Positions 24,836 to 38,535 of a stretch of DNA of 64,000 nt are shown piece by piece. The notes below the pieces were generated by a model that saw nothing but the letters and a program-made list of their open reading frames with translations, was not told the DNA's origin and did no database searches. Location: contig OX597829.1 in NCBI GenBank assembly GCA_951406725.2, positions 40,362,001 to 40,426,000 on the forward strand, given 5' to 3'. The stretch is from Octopus vulgaris. Lineage: Eukaryota. Position numbers and translations under genes: made by a program. Position 1 is the stretch's first letter; every line of letters starts with the position of its first letter.

Positions 24836-26082
24836 CACTTTCAAGAACCTTTCTCACACACCAAGTTGTTGAAGTATGGAATAAGCTACCTGTATTAGGT
24901 GTTAGCTATCACGACACTGCAAAATTGTTATTCTTTAACTCTTTACCCATTTTAATTCCAAACTGGCAAGGTCTTGCCTCTCACACATATCCTACGATAT
25001 CATTCTGAAAAACTTCCAGTCATACTGTTGAAATATTCAAGCTATCAGATAATGCATGATTAATTAAAAGCAATGTGAATAAATAAGCAATACACTTGAC
25101 AGAGTAATTTGAATTATTTCTTTACTACCCACAAGGGGCTAAACATAGAGGGGACAAACAAGGACAGGCAAAGGGGTTAAGTCGATTACATCGACCCCAG
25201 TGCAAAACTGGTACTTTATTTGTTGACCCCGAAAGGATAAAAGGCAAAGTCAACCTCGGCGGAATTTGAACTCAGAACATAACGACAGACGAAATACTGC
25301 TAAGCATTTCGCCCGGTGTGCTAACATTTCTGCCATCTCGCCACAGAGTAATTTGAATGCTAAAGGTTAAGGTCAGCCTAACTGTGTCTCTGTCTTTGAC
25401 TGTACATGCATGTACACACACACACACACAGTCCATGCCACCAACCGATTCCATTCATTGTTTGGATCATGCTGTGAATTGTCCTCAGTTATATTGCTGC
25501 ATAATCAACTTTCTGCCAAAATGTCTTTGAGGTTTATTATTCTTTTATTCTTCCACTTGTTTCGGTCATTTGACTGTGGCCATGCTGGAACACCACCCTG
25601 AAGGGCTTTAGTCAAACAAACCGAGCCCAGGACCTTATTTCTTAAGCCTAGTACTTATTCTATCAGTCTCCTTTACTGAACTGCTAAGTTACAGAGGACA
25701 TAAACACACCAACACCAATTGTCAAGCAGTCATGGCAGGTGGGGGTGGGGGACAAATGCAGACATAAAGATACACACACATGAGATGCACCTTTCAGTTT
25801 TGGTAGGAGTAAGGTACACAATGGACTTCTTTCAGTTTGCATCTGCCAAATCCTACTTGCAAGGCTTTGATCAACCTGAGGCTATATATAATAGAAGACA
25901 TTTTGCCCCAGGTGCCGTGCAGTGGAACTGAACCTGGAACCATCTGGCTGGGAAGCGAGCTTCTTAGCATACAGCTATGCCCTTTGCCTGCTTACAATTA
26001 TTTAGAATTTTTCATTTTTATTTATTTTTATTTTATTTTTTCCTTCCCCTCTCCCCTCTGAGAAAAAATTCTGTAAATGTAA

Positions 26083-26532
26083 TTTAACCCTTTAGTGTTC
26101 AGATTATTCTGTCAAATGTGATGTTTGTTTATTTAAAATGGTTTGAATTAATCCTGCATTATCTTGTAGTTTAGAGATTTCAGTGATGTGATTTTTTAGT
26201 TTTAGAATAACATGGTAGGGCTTAGGCGAGAGGCGAGATCTGGTCAGTTTCAGTATAAAACAGGTTAACACTTTTGTTACTGTATTTATTTTGAGATGCT
26301 CTGTGTGTCTTTCAATCCCTTTAAATATGACAAATAATTTAGTAAAATAACCTGGTTATCATTAAGCTAGTGTTAGGAACATAAATTGTGACTAAGGTTT
26401 GGTGGAAGATTTTAATTCAAAACTTATGGAAACAAGACATTTGTACTACAGAGCCAGAGCCGGTTTCAGCCGGGTTGGCAATGAAAGGGTTATTCTGGCT
26501 GGATATGGCCGGTTTGAATGATAAAGGGTTAA
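26083..26532. mobile_element. piggyBac-type MITE with a second piggyBac-type MITE nested (about 26265-26492)
   Basis: TTAACCCTTT...AAAGGGTTAA termini; inner element homologous to 49072-49468. Confidence 0.8.
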
Positions 26533-27319
26533 AGCCCGAAATATTAAACTTTACTCTATCAAAAGAGAATCTTCATGGTTTTATCATTCCCCGATCTGCT
26601 CGTGAGCTCTATTCCTCCATCATCGCCATAAGCATCACCACTCCCATATACATATTATAAAACCAAATGTTCCGAGTTGATGTTGGATTACTATTTAATC
26701 CTTCTATGACTGGTCATTTGTTTCAAATAATTTTCAGTGATATACTCCAGCTGACACTGGAGCTCAGCACACAGCACTGTGACTCACCGGATCCTGTTAA
26801 ACCATCCAACCCGTGCCTGCATGGAAAAGGGGCATTAAATTACGATGATGATGATATTGTATTTTCCAGCATCAAGGATACCCCAACTTGAAAGAGACAC
26901 TCCAATTTTGGCATGGACAAATTTTTTGCAACAGAGCCAAACATAAATAACAAGGTGTTATTTAAAACAGTCATTTAAAACAAATGTTTTAAATGACTGT
27001 CACTACCATGAAAGTGTTGTCTTTCATTTCCAATCTTCCATCAAAACATGTCTGACCTTGGAGGAAAAATTTCTCCTAACTTGAGCGTTAATGACTGGAA
27101 GGACATCTGACTGTATGAAATCGGCCTCAACCAAATACCATCTCACCCATGTTTGCAGGCATGGGAAAAAGTGGATATTAAAACAATAATGATGATAGCA
27201 TTTTCGTTGACAGTTTTGTGTATGCGTGTGTGTCCCACCACTGCTTGCTATTGTGTTGGTTTGTTTACATCCCCATAACAGTAGTTCAGTAAAGGAAACT
27301 GATAGAATAAGTACCTGAT

Positions 27320-27545
27320 TTAACCCTTTGGCATTTAAACTGGCTATATCCAGCACAAATATTATACCTCTCTGACGTGTAAAGTGACCAGAACGGGCCT
27401 CTCACACTTATCCTACAATGTCATTCTAAAAATAAACATTTGCATCATTGAAATCTCAAAAATATGAGATAAAATATGGTTAATTCAAAACAATGTGAAT
27501 AAAAAAGCGTTACATTTGACAATAATCTGAGAGCTAAGGGGTTAA
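27320..27545. mobile_element. piggyBac-type MITE inserted in a SINE A
   Basis: TTAACCCTTT...AAGGGGTTAA; SINE A sequence on both sides. Confidence 0.75.
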
Positions 27546-28298
27546 AAAAAAAAAGTACTGTCACTGATTTGTTCAACTGAAACCATAGAGGGTGATCTCC
27601 CAGCATGGCCATAGTCCAATGACTGAGACATGTAAAAGATAAGGGATATAAAAAATTTTTCAATTTGAATGAGGATTTAATTTAAATATGGACACATTAA
27701 TACTAGAGATTTTAGGTGGATTGGTATCAAAAGTGTTAAAGAGGATATTTTTAATCTCCACTTTTTTTAAAAACTTTTTTTCTCTCTCATAGCCAAAACT
27801 GGTAAAAAGAAAGAAAAAAGAATTTTTCTTCTAAAATTTTTGTTATGTAAATCAATGTATTCTATTACCAACAAGTCGTAATTCTTTTAGGTTCTCATGC
27901 CATACCAACAGCACTTTGGTGTAATATTAGTTCAGTTGTTCTTTGTTTAGCAATATCTTTTTTACACACATGCACTCACTAGTACAATGTTTAGTGAAAA
28001 CAAAGAATCCCACACACATATGTATGAACATATCTATGTATCAGTATGTATGTATGTATGTATGTATGAACATATCTATCTATCAGCATGTATGTGTGTG
28101 TGTGTGTGTGTGTGTATATATAAATGTGTGTGTGTGTACTGCATCATTTAATATGTTTTCCATGCTGGCATGATTGGACATCATCATCATCACACACACA
28201 TTCTCCCCACTCTCTCTCTCATATACGTGTGTTTACTAATATATATGTATGTGTGTGTGTGTGTATGTGTGTGTTTGCATATATATGCATATACACAC

Positions 28299-28340
<42 letters not shown>

Positions 28341-28947
28341 GTGTGTATATACATATATATGTATGTATGCACACCACAGTAATAATGCTTCCACTATAGA
28401 TACTACAGATAGGAACCCAAAAACAGTATAAAGCAAATTGGATTACAAATGGAATCCACTCTGCCCAGACAATCAATCATAGCGTTCAGAATGTATGCAA
28501 TTCTTGAATTAATTCTTGTAATAGAAACTTCAATTTTATACATAAAAAGACTTTCCTATGTTAATTAGTCATGAATTCCATTGTTAGGTCTTCAATTAAA
28601 ACAAGGAGGAGAGAAAGAGAGAGAGAGAGAGTCTTGGAATTCCTCGGTAAATGTGTTTGCCACTCCTGATTCTATATCTAGCAATTTCAAAGCTAGCTAG
28701 ATGCTGCTACCAAACATTCTAACTTCCTAGTTTCTTCACCATAATATACTTAACATGGGACTCCTGTTAAATGTCACTTTTAGGTCATCAAAGAGCAGAA
28801 TATAGTTTGATGAAATTTTTTTTTTTTTTAACTTACCAATAATGCTTCCATTTATTTCACTTTTTTTTTTTGTCTTTTTAACGAATGAACATTAACAATC
28901 TTTATTTATAATTGTATAAGAAAAATAAAGTAATTTCTAGAATTTTC

Positions 28948-28985
<38 letters not shown>

Positions 28986-29710
28986 CATTATTATTATTAT
29001 TTTGTTATTGTTATTTTGAATTTATTTATTTATTTATTTATGTAGAGCTAATTAGTACTCTCAGAAAAGTTCCAAGGATATTTCCACAACCAAACCTGTT
29101 CTGTTTGCTGCTCCTTTTAGTGGACTTTATTTATTTATTTATTTATTTATTCTTAAATTATATTTTTCTTCCACAAAAGTGTTTGCACATTGCCGCTAAT
29201 TAGCAAAACTTAATGTTATATAAGAACATTTTTATATAATGATTTTGGTTTTATTCAGTTTATTATTATTATTATTATTTCTTAATTTACGTTTTTTTTT
29301 TTCCTTATCTTTTTAAAAGTTTAAAAAGCAATGTGTAAATGGATGTGACATTATATTTTTGTATTCACATTTTTAGCTTTGAGTCTAAAAATCTTCTTTT
29401 TTTTAGTCTTCCACATCATGACGACATTTTCTTCCATTTGGTTCACTGTTGTCAGTTAATGTTTCTGTAATAGTTTTTCAGGTTCACTAGATGCTCTGTT
29501 CATTGTTTATGTTTTTTTTTTGTTGTGTGTGTGTGTGCACAGTTTACTAAGTACTGTGTTCACAGCTTATGTGGCTTCTTTTTGAAATGGCAGATATTAT
29601 ATTCCTTGTTAAGTGTTAATGTGTTTTACTGCTAAATGACTTTTTTTCTGCCCCCTTATCATCCATTTTGGTGCTGTTACCTATTGTTTGCCTACTGCTG
29701 TGTTTGCCAC

Positions 29711-29743
<33 letters not shown>

Positions 29744-29801
29744 GTTGTTGTTCCTGATGTTAGCAGTTCATATCCTGGTAATGATTGTCCAAAACCTAGA
29801 T

Positions 29802-30191
29802 ACTCTTTTACTTGTTTCAGTCATTTGACTGCGGCCATGCTGGAGCACTGCCTTTAATCGAGCAACTCGACCCCGGGACTTATTCTTTTGTAAGCCCAGT
29901 ACTTATTCTATCGGTCTCTTTTGCCGAACTGCTAAGTAACGGGGACATAAACACACCAGCATCGGTTGTCAAGCAATGCTAGGGGGACAAACACACACAC
30001 GCATATATATATATATATACATATATACGACGGGCTTCTTTCAGTTTCCGTCAACCAAATCCACTCACAAGGCTTTGGTCGGCCTGAGGCTATAGAGGAG
30101 ACACTTGCCCAAGGTGCCACGCAGTGGGACTGAACCCGGAACCATGTGATTGGTAAACAAGCTACTTACCACACAGCCACTCCTGTGCCTA
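29802..30191 (-). mobile_element. SINE family A, full length
   Basis: Reverse complement of consensus. Confidence 0.9.
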
Positions 30192-30824
30192 TATACTGCA
30201 AATTTCACTAGGAAATGATTTAGTTTGAAGCATTCAACTTCTTGAGTGTAGCAAAAATCTGGGTAAGCTATTCCAGTTCTTGATCACAGCCTGGAGTCCA
30301 TTAATGGGTTCTGTTTACTTTGGAGTTAGGTTGTGATTTGAGGCACATAAGACCTCAGCACAATCTCTCCAACCAGCTTTGTTTTCTACAATTGTTCTGG
30401 TCTCATTCCAGTTACTCTGCCCTACTTGTCTCCTTTTTTGTCAATGGTCTTTTGCCATATATGGTTGTAGGGTGCCCTGTTGCTCTTTTCCCTTCAGTCT
30501 ATCATTTTAGTGCCACCATATAATTGCCTTGGAATTATGGTCCTGAAAATTGAAAGAAACTTTAAGGTGTAGAATGTGAGGTCAAACTCAAACCTAGAAA
30601 TCCTAGAATAGCCTAGGACAAATCACAATGATGATCTGGCAACACCTGTGCTAATAATTGGTTGTTCTCTTTTTTTCAAATTTGGTCTGCATTAATCTTA
30701 CATAAAAAGCACCATCCGAACGTGGCTGATGCTAGTGCCACCTGACTGGCATCTATGTCGGTGACACTTCTGTGTTTTAATTAAGAATCCTGCATTCATG
30801 TGATAATGGTATAATTCCTTGCTA

Positions 30825-31340
30825 AATGTCACATGTCATTACATTCCTGTCACAAGTCACATTTTCTTGTCACACATCACAGCATTCTTGTCACATGCTG
30901 CAACATTATCCTGTCACACATCACAACATTCTCCTGTCACACGCTACAATGTTCTCTCGTCACGTATCACAGCATTCTTGTCACATGCTGCAGCATTATC
31001 CTGTCATACGTCACAGGATTCTCCTGTCACATGTCACAATATTACTCTGTCACACATCACAGCATCCTCTCATCACACACATTCTCTTGTTGCACATTTT
31101 CTTGTTATCTGTCACAACATGCTCGTCACAACATGCTCGTCACAACATCCTCTTAGGATTTTGGCATTCTCCTGTCACACCACAGTATTCTCCTGTCACC
31201 TGTCACATGCTTCGGTCACATCACAACATTATTAGTTCTCCTGACGCATCACAGTATTTCCCCTGTTGCACATCACAACATTCTCTTGTAATGTGCAACA
31301 GCACCACCATGTCACAATGTCACATTTTTTTCACACTGCC
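30825..31340. repeat. Degenerate minisatellite, unit about 20-23 bp (TGTCACACATCACAGCATTCTCC)
   Basis: About 20 GTCAC-anchored units. Confidence 0.85.
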
Positions 31341-31626
31341 ACCTTGAGTACATTTGTCTCCCTCATCCCCACCCCCACCCTTCAAACTCCCACCCTTCAA
31401 AACCCCACTCACCTCCTCACTCTTAGCTAATTCTACAGCCAGTGATGTTCACTCACTGTCACATGTCGCTCTGTCCTATACTTGTTCTGTTTCTTTTCTT
31501 TTTTTTCTCTTTTTTCATTGATATTAGCCAACATCAATGTAATTACATTAACCCCCACCCCCCAACCCTGCCTCACCCTTCCCCAACACCCCACTGCTCA
31601 TCCTTTTACTGTTCCTCTATTGAAAG

Positions 31627-31661
31627 TGTCTTCAATTGACATTGCTCAGAGATTAATGTAA
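31627..31661 (+). CDS. Candidate phase-1 exon (V)SSIDIAQRLM*; alternatively a 31-nt exon with GTAAAG donor
   Basis: CTGCTCATCCTTTTACTGTTCCTCTATTGAAAG acceptor; stop overlaps donor. Confidence 0.4.
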
Positions 31662-31849
31662 AGTAGATAAGATTAGCCAAAGTTTATTAATACTTTAATC
31701 TTATCTCATAGCTGACTAAAACCCATAATATTATCATTTCACATAAATATTTGCTCTTTGTTGAGGTTCTTTTTTTTTCCTCTCCCCACATTTTTCTTTT
31801 TTTTTTTTTTTTTTACATTTTATGTTTTAATCTACACTCTTCTGTGGAG

Positions 31850-32004
31850 TTTCTTACGATGTTAAATGAACCATAACGTTTTGCTGTTTTTTTATAAAGC
31901 CGTGCTTTATGAAATACAGGAATCTAAAACAGAATATTTCGAAGTTTGAGTTCTTTATAGACACAGCTTTCCCATTCGCCTTAGGATTTTTAGCGATTGT
32001 CTAA
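31850..32004 (+). CDS. Three consecutive candidate phase-1 terminal exons: (V)SYDVK* 31850-31869; (A)VLYEIQESKTEYFEV* 31900-31949; (D)TAFPFALGFLAIV* 31961-32004
   Basis: Each stop is followed closely by a new pyrimidine tract and AG. Confidence 0.4.
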
Positions 32005-32388
32005 GACTGCTGAACAAAATTAACAAAGTACTCTGTGTGTGTATGTTTGTGTGTGCTTATGTATGTATTAATATGTATGTGTGTGTATGTTTATATGCGT
32101 GTGTGTATGCATACATATATATATACACATGTCGTTATTCTACCAAATATATAAGTTTTTATTATTATTTTGCAATTTATTTAATCATCGGTATATTATC
32201 ATTATTTTATTTTTAATATTTCTATTATATGTAATTTTCTAGATGGTGTAATTTAATTGTTCATTTTGAATTGATAAAAGGTGGGGTTTTTTCTAATTTT
32301 TATATATATTATATTTTGTGAAATTTGATTTAGTATTTCTAAATCGAATTTTTCCCTGTAAGTTAGGAATAATATTCCCTCAAATAAT

Positions 32389-32439
<51 letters not shown>

Positions 32440-32570
32440 CATTAGTATATAGACATATACATGCGCATACACAGGATGTGTGTGTAAATGTCTTGAAAAA
32501 TTAATGACCATTTCTTTTAGTTATACCATTGGCAAAGTCATTTAACCAAAGTTAGGTTAACATTACTGTC

Positions 32571-32612
<42 letters not shown>

Positions 32613-33107
32613 GAAGGCAATGAGCTGGCAGAATCATTAGCATGCTGGATGAAATGCTTGACAACTGATGCTGGTGTGTTTACGTCCCTGTAACTTAGCG
32701 GTTCGGCAAAAAGAGACTGATAGAATAAGTACCAGGCTTATAAAAAAGAATAAGTCCTGGGGAGGTCGATTTCCTTGACTAAAGGCGGTGCTCCAGCTTG
32801 GTCGCAGTCAAATGACTGAAACAAGTAAAAGAGTAAAAGAAGGGGGGGGGAAGGCTGTTCCAGACAAGGTTGTTTTATATTCCTTTAAATGTTTGTTCAT
32901 CATTTTGTAATGATTGGGTCTGTTGTTGAATTGTTTCAAAGTCAACACTTTAAATTTTTTTTATTTTATTTTTTTTTTTTTATGGGCAGAACTCTTTAGG
33001 TTGACTCCCCCGCCCCCCTCCCCGCCACTTCTACCTCCATCTCTCCATCTCTTTCTGTCTTTCTTTCTTTCTTTCTTTCTCTCTCTCTCTGACTGTTCCC
33101 TTGACAG

Positions 33108-33182
33108 AGGTGGGGTACAGGAGGTGACAGCGGACAAGACAGGCTTGGAAAAGGAGGGAAGAAAGGACACTACTTGTGGTGA
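33108..33182 (+). CDS. Candidate exon (phase 1 EVGYRR*; phase 0 RWGTGGDSGQDRLGKGGKKGHYLW*)
   Basis: Long CT tract, CTGAC branch-like motif, TTCCCTTGACAG acceptor, purine-rich exon-like body. Confidence 0.45.
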   Translation, partial: RWGTGGDSGQDRLGKGGKKGHYLW

Positions 33183-33643
33183 CAGTGTTGCTTCTGGTGC
33201 TGGTGGGTGGGTGGGGCAGGTGGGTGGTGGTGGTGGTGGGGCGGGGTGGGGGGTTGGAGCTGGCAGGACTGGATGTTAAAAGTTAGTTAGACTTGGTAAC
33301 AGCTGGAATTTCTGAATTGTGTTAACAGAGGAAAACTAAGAAAAAAAAAAAGAAAGCACAGAACAAAACAAAACAAAACAAAAAAACACACATGCATACT
33401 ATAAAAACAAAAGAGATGACAGGTGATATGAAATGTCTGGATGTTTATTGATGATGATGGTGATGGTGGTGGTGGTTGTGACTGCTGTTGCTGCTGCTGT
33501 TGTTAGCCCAGGTCAGTTCTGAGCCATGGAAATCTATGATCAAACAGTGGGGTGGTTGTTGTTGCTTTTTAACCTCAAGCTAGTCTTGATCTCAAGCCAA
33601 CCCTGCACTCAAAAGCATTCCTGTTATGACCACATCGTCTTTC

Positions 33644-33675
<32 letters not shown>

Positions 33676-33726
33676 TCTTTTCTAAATAAGTACATGTGTG
33701 TGAAACAGCCCCCTACATCACTCTAG

Positions 33727-34065
33727 TGCATGGCTCTGTAGTTAGAGCATCGGGCTCACAATCATGAGGTAGTGAGTTCGATTCCGAGCCTGGGTAGTGT
33801 TGTTTTGTTCTTGAGCAAGACACTTTATTTCATGTTGCTTCCAGTCCACTCATCTGTAGAAATGAGTTGTGACACCACTGGTGCCAAGCTGTATCGGCCC
33901 CTTTGCTTTTCCCTTAGATAACATCAGTGATGTGGAGAGGGGAGGCTGGTATACATGGATGACTGTTGGTCTTCAGTAAAACAACCTTGCCCGGACTTGT
34001 GCCTCGGACAGGAACTTTCTAGCTGCAATCCTATGGTCATTCATGACCAAAAGGGGGTCTTTACC
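33727..34065 (+). mobile_element. SINE family D (tRNA-derived head)
   Basis: TGGCTCTGTAGTTAGAGC..GAGTTCGATTCC..CTTGAGCAAGACACTT; homologous to 54171-54487. Confidence 0.85.
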
Positions 34066-34097
34066 TTTTTTTCCTTTCTAAGGTCAGTAGAGTGAAT

Positions 34098-34323
34098 AAA
34101 CCCTTTAGCATTTAGATTATTCTATCAAATGAAATGTTTATTTATTTCATTACTTGAAATTAATCTTTGACTATCTTGTATTTTTGAGATTTTGATGTTA
34201 TAACTGTTTATTTTTAAAATGACATTGTAGGGTAGGTGTGAGAGGCAAGATCTGGCCTGTTTGAACCTAAAGCAGGTAGAATATTTTGGCCGGATATGGC
34301 CGGTTTAAATGCTAAAAGGTTAA
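34098..34323. mobile_element. piggyBac-type MITE
   Basis: AACCCTTTAGCATT...AATGCTAAAAGGTTAA; homologous to the 26083 element. Confidence 0.8.
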
Positions 34324-34371
34324 AGGAGATATTTGGCTGCTATTTCCACCAGGCTCAGCAACCATACAGAG

Positions 34372-34556
34372 CAGTGATTCTCAACCATTTTTTTGCTTCT
34401 GGAACCCCTTTGATTCATATTTTACTCAAGGAGGGAGTTCTCCTAGCTATTCAACATCTAAAATCTCATGTTATTATTTTTACAATTAAATATTATTAGG
34501 AATTGTATTTAAAAATGTTTAAATATGTTATGTATTGTACAAATATAACCAATTTA

Positions 34557-34597
<41 letters not shown>

Positions 34598-35064
34598 TTA
34601 ACGTCCGCTTTCCATGCTGGCATGGGTTGGACGATTTGACTGAGGTCTGGCGAACCAGACTCCAAATCTGATCTGGCAGAGTTTCTACAGCTGGACGCCC
34701 TTCCTAAACACCAACCACTCCGAGAGTGTAGTGGGTGCTTTTTACATGCCACTGGCACGAGGGCCAGTTAAGTGCTGCTGGTAATGGCCACGCCCAGATG
34801 GTGCTTTTTACGTGCCACCTGCACAGGAGCCAGTCCAGTGGCACTGGCGACGACCTCGCTTGAATGTTTCATGTGCTACCAGCACAAGTGCTAGTAAGGC
34901 GACGCGGTAACAATCACGCTTGAATGGTGTGCTTAACGTGCCATCAGCACGAAGGCCAGCTTGTTGCTCGTATGGTACTCTCTGGTACACTTGCGCATAA
35001 ATTTTAGTAATGAAATTTTATATGGACCTTCAAGAGCCACATACACCCTGGTTGAGAACCACTG
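34372..35064. mobile_element. hAT MITE containing a family C insertion (34557-34985)
   Basis: CAGTGATTCTCAACC / GGTTGAGAACCACTG TIRs; flanks ATACAGAG and ATATATAG. Confidence 0.75.
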
Positions 35065-35074
35065 ATATATAGGG

Positions 35075-35820
35075 GCCATGCTGGGGCACTACCTTGAGGA
35101 GTTTTAGTTGAAAGAATTGACCCCAGTGCATTATTTTTTTATAAGCCTGGTACTTATTCTCTCAGTCCCTTTTGCCAACCACTTAGTTATAAGGGACATA
35201 AACATACCAACACTGGTTGTCTGGCAGTGATGGGTGGCAAACATGGGCACAAAGCGACAAACATACACACACACACACAATGGGCTTCTTTTAGTTATTG
35301 TCTACCAAATCCACTCTCAAGGCCTTGGTTAGCCCAAGTGTATAGTAGAAGGCACTTGCTCAAGGTATCATGCAGTGGGATTGAACCTTGAGCCATGTAA
35401 TTTGGTGAACTAAATTATGACCAAAAGTATAAGTAGCTTGCTTACCAACCACATGGTTCTGGGTTCAGTCCCACTGCGTGGCACCTTGGGCCAGTGTCTT
35501 CTTTTATAGCCTCGGGCTAACCAAAGCCTTGTGAGTGGATTTGGTAGACGGAAACTGAAAGAAGCCCATCGTATATATGTGTAGATATATATATATTTAT
35601 GTGTGTGTATATGTTTGTGTGTCCGTGTTTGTCCCCCCAACATGGCTTGACAACCAATGCTGGTGTGTTTACATCCCTGTAACTTAGCGGTTCGGCAAAA
35701 GAGACCGATAGAATAAGTACTAGGCTTACAGAGAATAAATCCTGGGGTCAATTTGCTCGACTAAAGGTGGGTGCCCCAGCATGGCCACAGTCAAATGACT
35801 GAAACAAGTAAAAGAGTAAA
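35075..35820. mobile_element. Head-to-head SINE A pair (35075-35400 minus; 35432-35820 plus)
   Basis: Consensus similarity. Confidence 0.85.
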
Positions 35821-37146
35821 TACTTTTACCCCACCTTCTACCCAAACATGGTGCATTTAGATACACCATGTTTGGGTAATAGTCTTAGGACTATATTGAG
35901 GTTGTGTTAGAATATTTCATTTCTTTTATCTGGACAGTGCGTCTGTGACCACATTATCCCATTTCTTGTTTTTAAGGTAGTAAAGAGAAAATTAAAGAAA
36001 ATTTAACTGTTATTATTAGCGTCTCAGATTACTTTGTTGAGAGTCCACTTTGGCTTTGATATTGGATGGTGGTGGTGTCTTTTTTTTTTGTTTCAATTAA
36101 TTTTAGAAATAGTAATAAAAATTTGGATAGCTTTAGACTAAAATAATAAACTTTGATCATTTTCTGTTGTGTCTGGCAAGAGTCATTTTCTTTTTTGTGC
36201 CTTATTATGTAACACACTCACCAGTAAAATTTCCACTTTTTTCTTATTTTTGTTGTCCTAAAATTTTCGTTGCGTCTTGATCATTTGTAATAATTAAATT
36301 AATGTTTAGGATATAACTTAATAGAAAGGATCTTAAATTAGGATGAAAAAGTTTTATTTAAATATTGACCAGAACTAATCCAAGGCTGTTTTGATCTTAG
36401 GTCTGTTTAACCAAAGATGACCTGGAGCTATTTCGGTTATAGATCTGATTGACCAGAGCTGATCTGGGGTTATTTTGTTCACAGATCTGATTGACCAGTG
36501 CTGATATGAGGTTAAGCAGCAATTGAGCTATGACATAATAAACAAAGGTTATATAGAAGTACTATCGGTGTAAATATTATTTCTGAAGTAAACCCAGTGT
36601 GTAGCTACAATACACAAAATATCTTAACAATTTTTCATACAGTTCCTAATAAATATTTAATTATAAATATACAATAAAGTTTCTTTTAAATATATAACAG
36701 CTGTGAAGAATCAAACCGGACCATAGACAAAAAAATGATTGATAACCACTGGTGTAGAATATGAACGTCTCAAAGAGAAGGAAATTGAAGCGAATTAACT
36801 CTTTTGTTGCTGTATTTCGGTTGAAGTAGATTGCTGTTGTTTCAGTTAATTCTTAAAATAATGAAGAATTTGGTAAAATTACTTTGTTATTATTGTGTCT
36901 ATGGAAAGTCATTATGTCAGTAAAAATTAAAATGACACACACACTGGTTCAATACCAGTTCTTTATTTTACCAAACTAACTGTCAAATGGTTTGGCGTTT
37001 GGAACATAAATCAACATGAAATTTGATAGTAAGGTTTAATTCTGATTACTTTAAAATAAGAAGTGTGTGTATATCATAAAACCAGAAATGAGTCTCTGGC
37101 AAGGTTGGTATCGAAAGGAATAAGTGTTTTATATCAGTAACAAGTA

Positions 37147-37378
37147 AGGTGGCATGCTGGCAGAATCATTAGCACGTCAGGCGAAATGCATAGCCATATT
37201 TCTTCTGTCACTACATTCCAAGTTCAAATTCCGCCGAGGTCGACTTTGCCTTTCATCCTTTCGGGGTCGATAAAATTAAGTACCAGTTACACACTGGGGT
37301 CGATGTAATCAACTTAATCCCTTTGACTGTCTTTGTTTGTCCCCTCTGTGTTTAGCCCCTTGTGGGTAGTAAACAAAT
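37147..37378 (+). mobile_element. SINE family B
   Basis: Consensus similarity. Confidence 0.85.
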
Positions 37379-37953
37379 ATATATCAGTAACAATTTTCTT
37401 CCTTAGAAAAACAGATGTTTTTCAATGTGATCGCTCTGCTTGCTTGAAACTAGAGCAGCCAAATTTCCCTCAAAACTACACTCTATCATCATCATCATCA
37501 TTTTAATATCTTCTTTTCCGTGCTTGCATGGCATCAGTCAAGAAAGAGTACGTTAACTTACAACAATTTGAAGGTCACATAATGATTCTGTGGTCATGAT
37601 TGGAATATTCTTAATCACAGAGTTCAGGGTTACTCAGTACTAAATAGCAACTGCTACATGGTATTTATTCTACTTGTTTTATGTTCAAACTGGCCAGACC
37701 CAACCTCTCACACCTTCCCTAAAATATCATACTGAAAATTAACACTTACTTCATCAAAATCTTGAGGCTACAAGATAATGCAAGATTGATTCAAAACGGT
37801 GTGAATAAATAAGAATTACATTTGGCAGAGCAATCTGAATTCTAAGGAACTAATTCATTGCCAAGTTAAACTTCTCTACTTTGATCCTTGGTTGCTAACT
37901 TTAACAGTGTCCACTCTGTTGAAAACATTCACATCTAGTTTCCAATATGTGTA

Positions 37954-38190
37954 TACCTATTTCTTTACTACCCACAAGGGGCTAAATACAGAGTGGACAA
38001 ACAAGGACAGATAGACGAATTAAGTCGATTATATCAACCCCAGTGCGTAACTGGTACTTATTTAATCGACTCCGAAAGGATGAAAGGCAAAGTCAACCTC
38101 GGCGGAATTTGAACTCAGAATGTAACAGCAGATGAAATACGGCTACGCATTTTGCCCGGCGTGCTAACACTTCTGCCAGCTCACCGGCTT
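37954..38190 (-). mobile_element. SINE family B
   Basis: Consensus similarity. Confidence 0.85.
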
Positions 38191-38535
38191 CAATATGTGG
38201 ATACCATTCTCCCTCATGCCACCATTCTTGCAGGAGGCCCTGGAAAGGTTCATGGTCGGAAATATAGTTTTTTTTTTCTCTCCACCTGACTTTGTAATTA
38301 AAAAACAGTTCCTTGGTATAAAGCTTTGCTCCTTGACAATTATTTTTAAATGTCTGCCGATATAATTATAACAGTGCAATCATTTGTGTCTGAAATGGGT
38401 TGTTCCTGGTAGCATTGCCAGTACATAACTGGTATAAGTGTAATACAGTATTACAGGGTTGGAAATATGGTGAATGACACAAAAATTCTTGAAGCATCCT
38501 AGATTTTTTCCTTTTTTTTTTTAATAACTATAATA

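Noticed and set aside
29046-29200. Additional acceptors at 29046, 29121 and 29180
   Set aside because: Readings run into (TTTA)n or are ambiguous; they illustrate the false-positive background for exon candidates
30825-31340. CRISPR-like periodicity
   Set aside because: Degenerate tandem units without unique spacers; eukaryotic context
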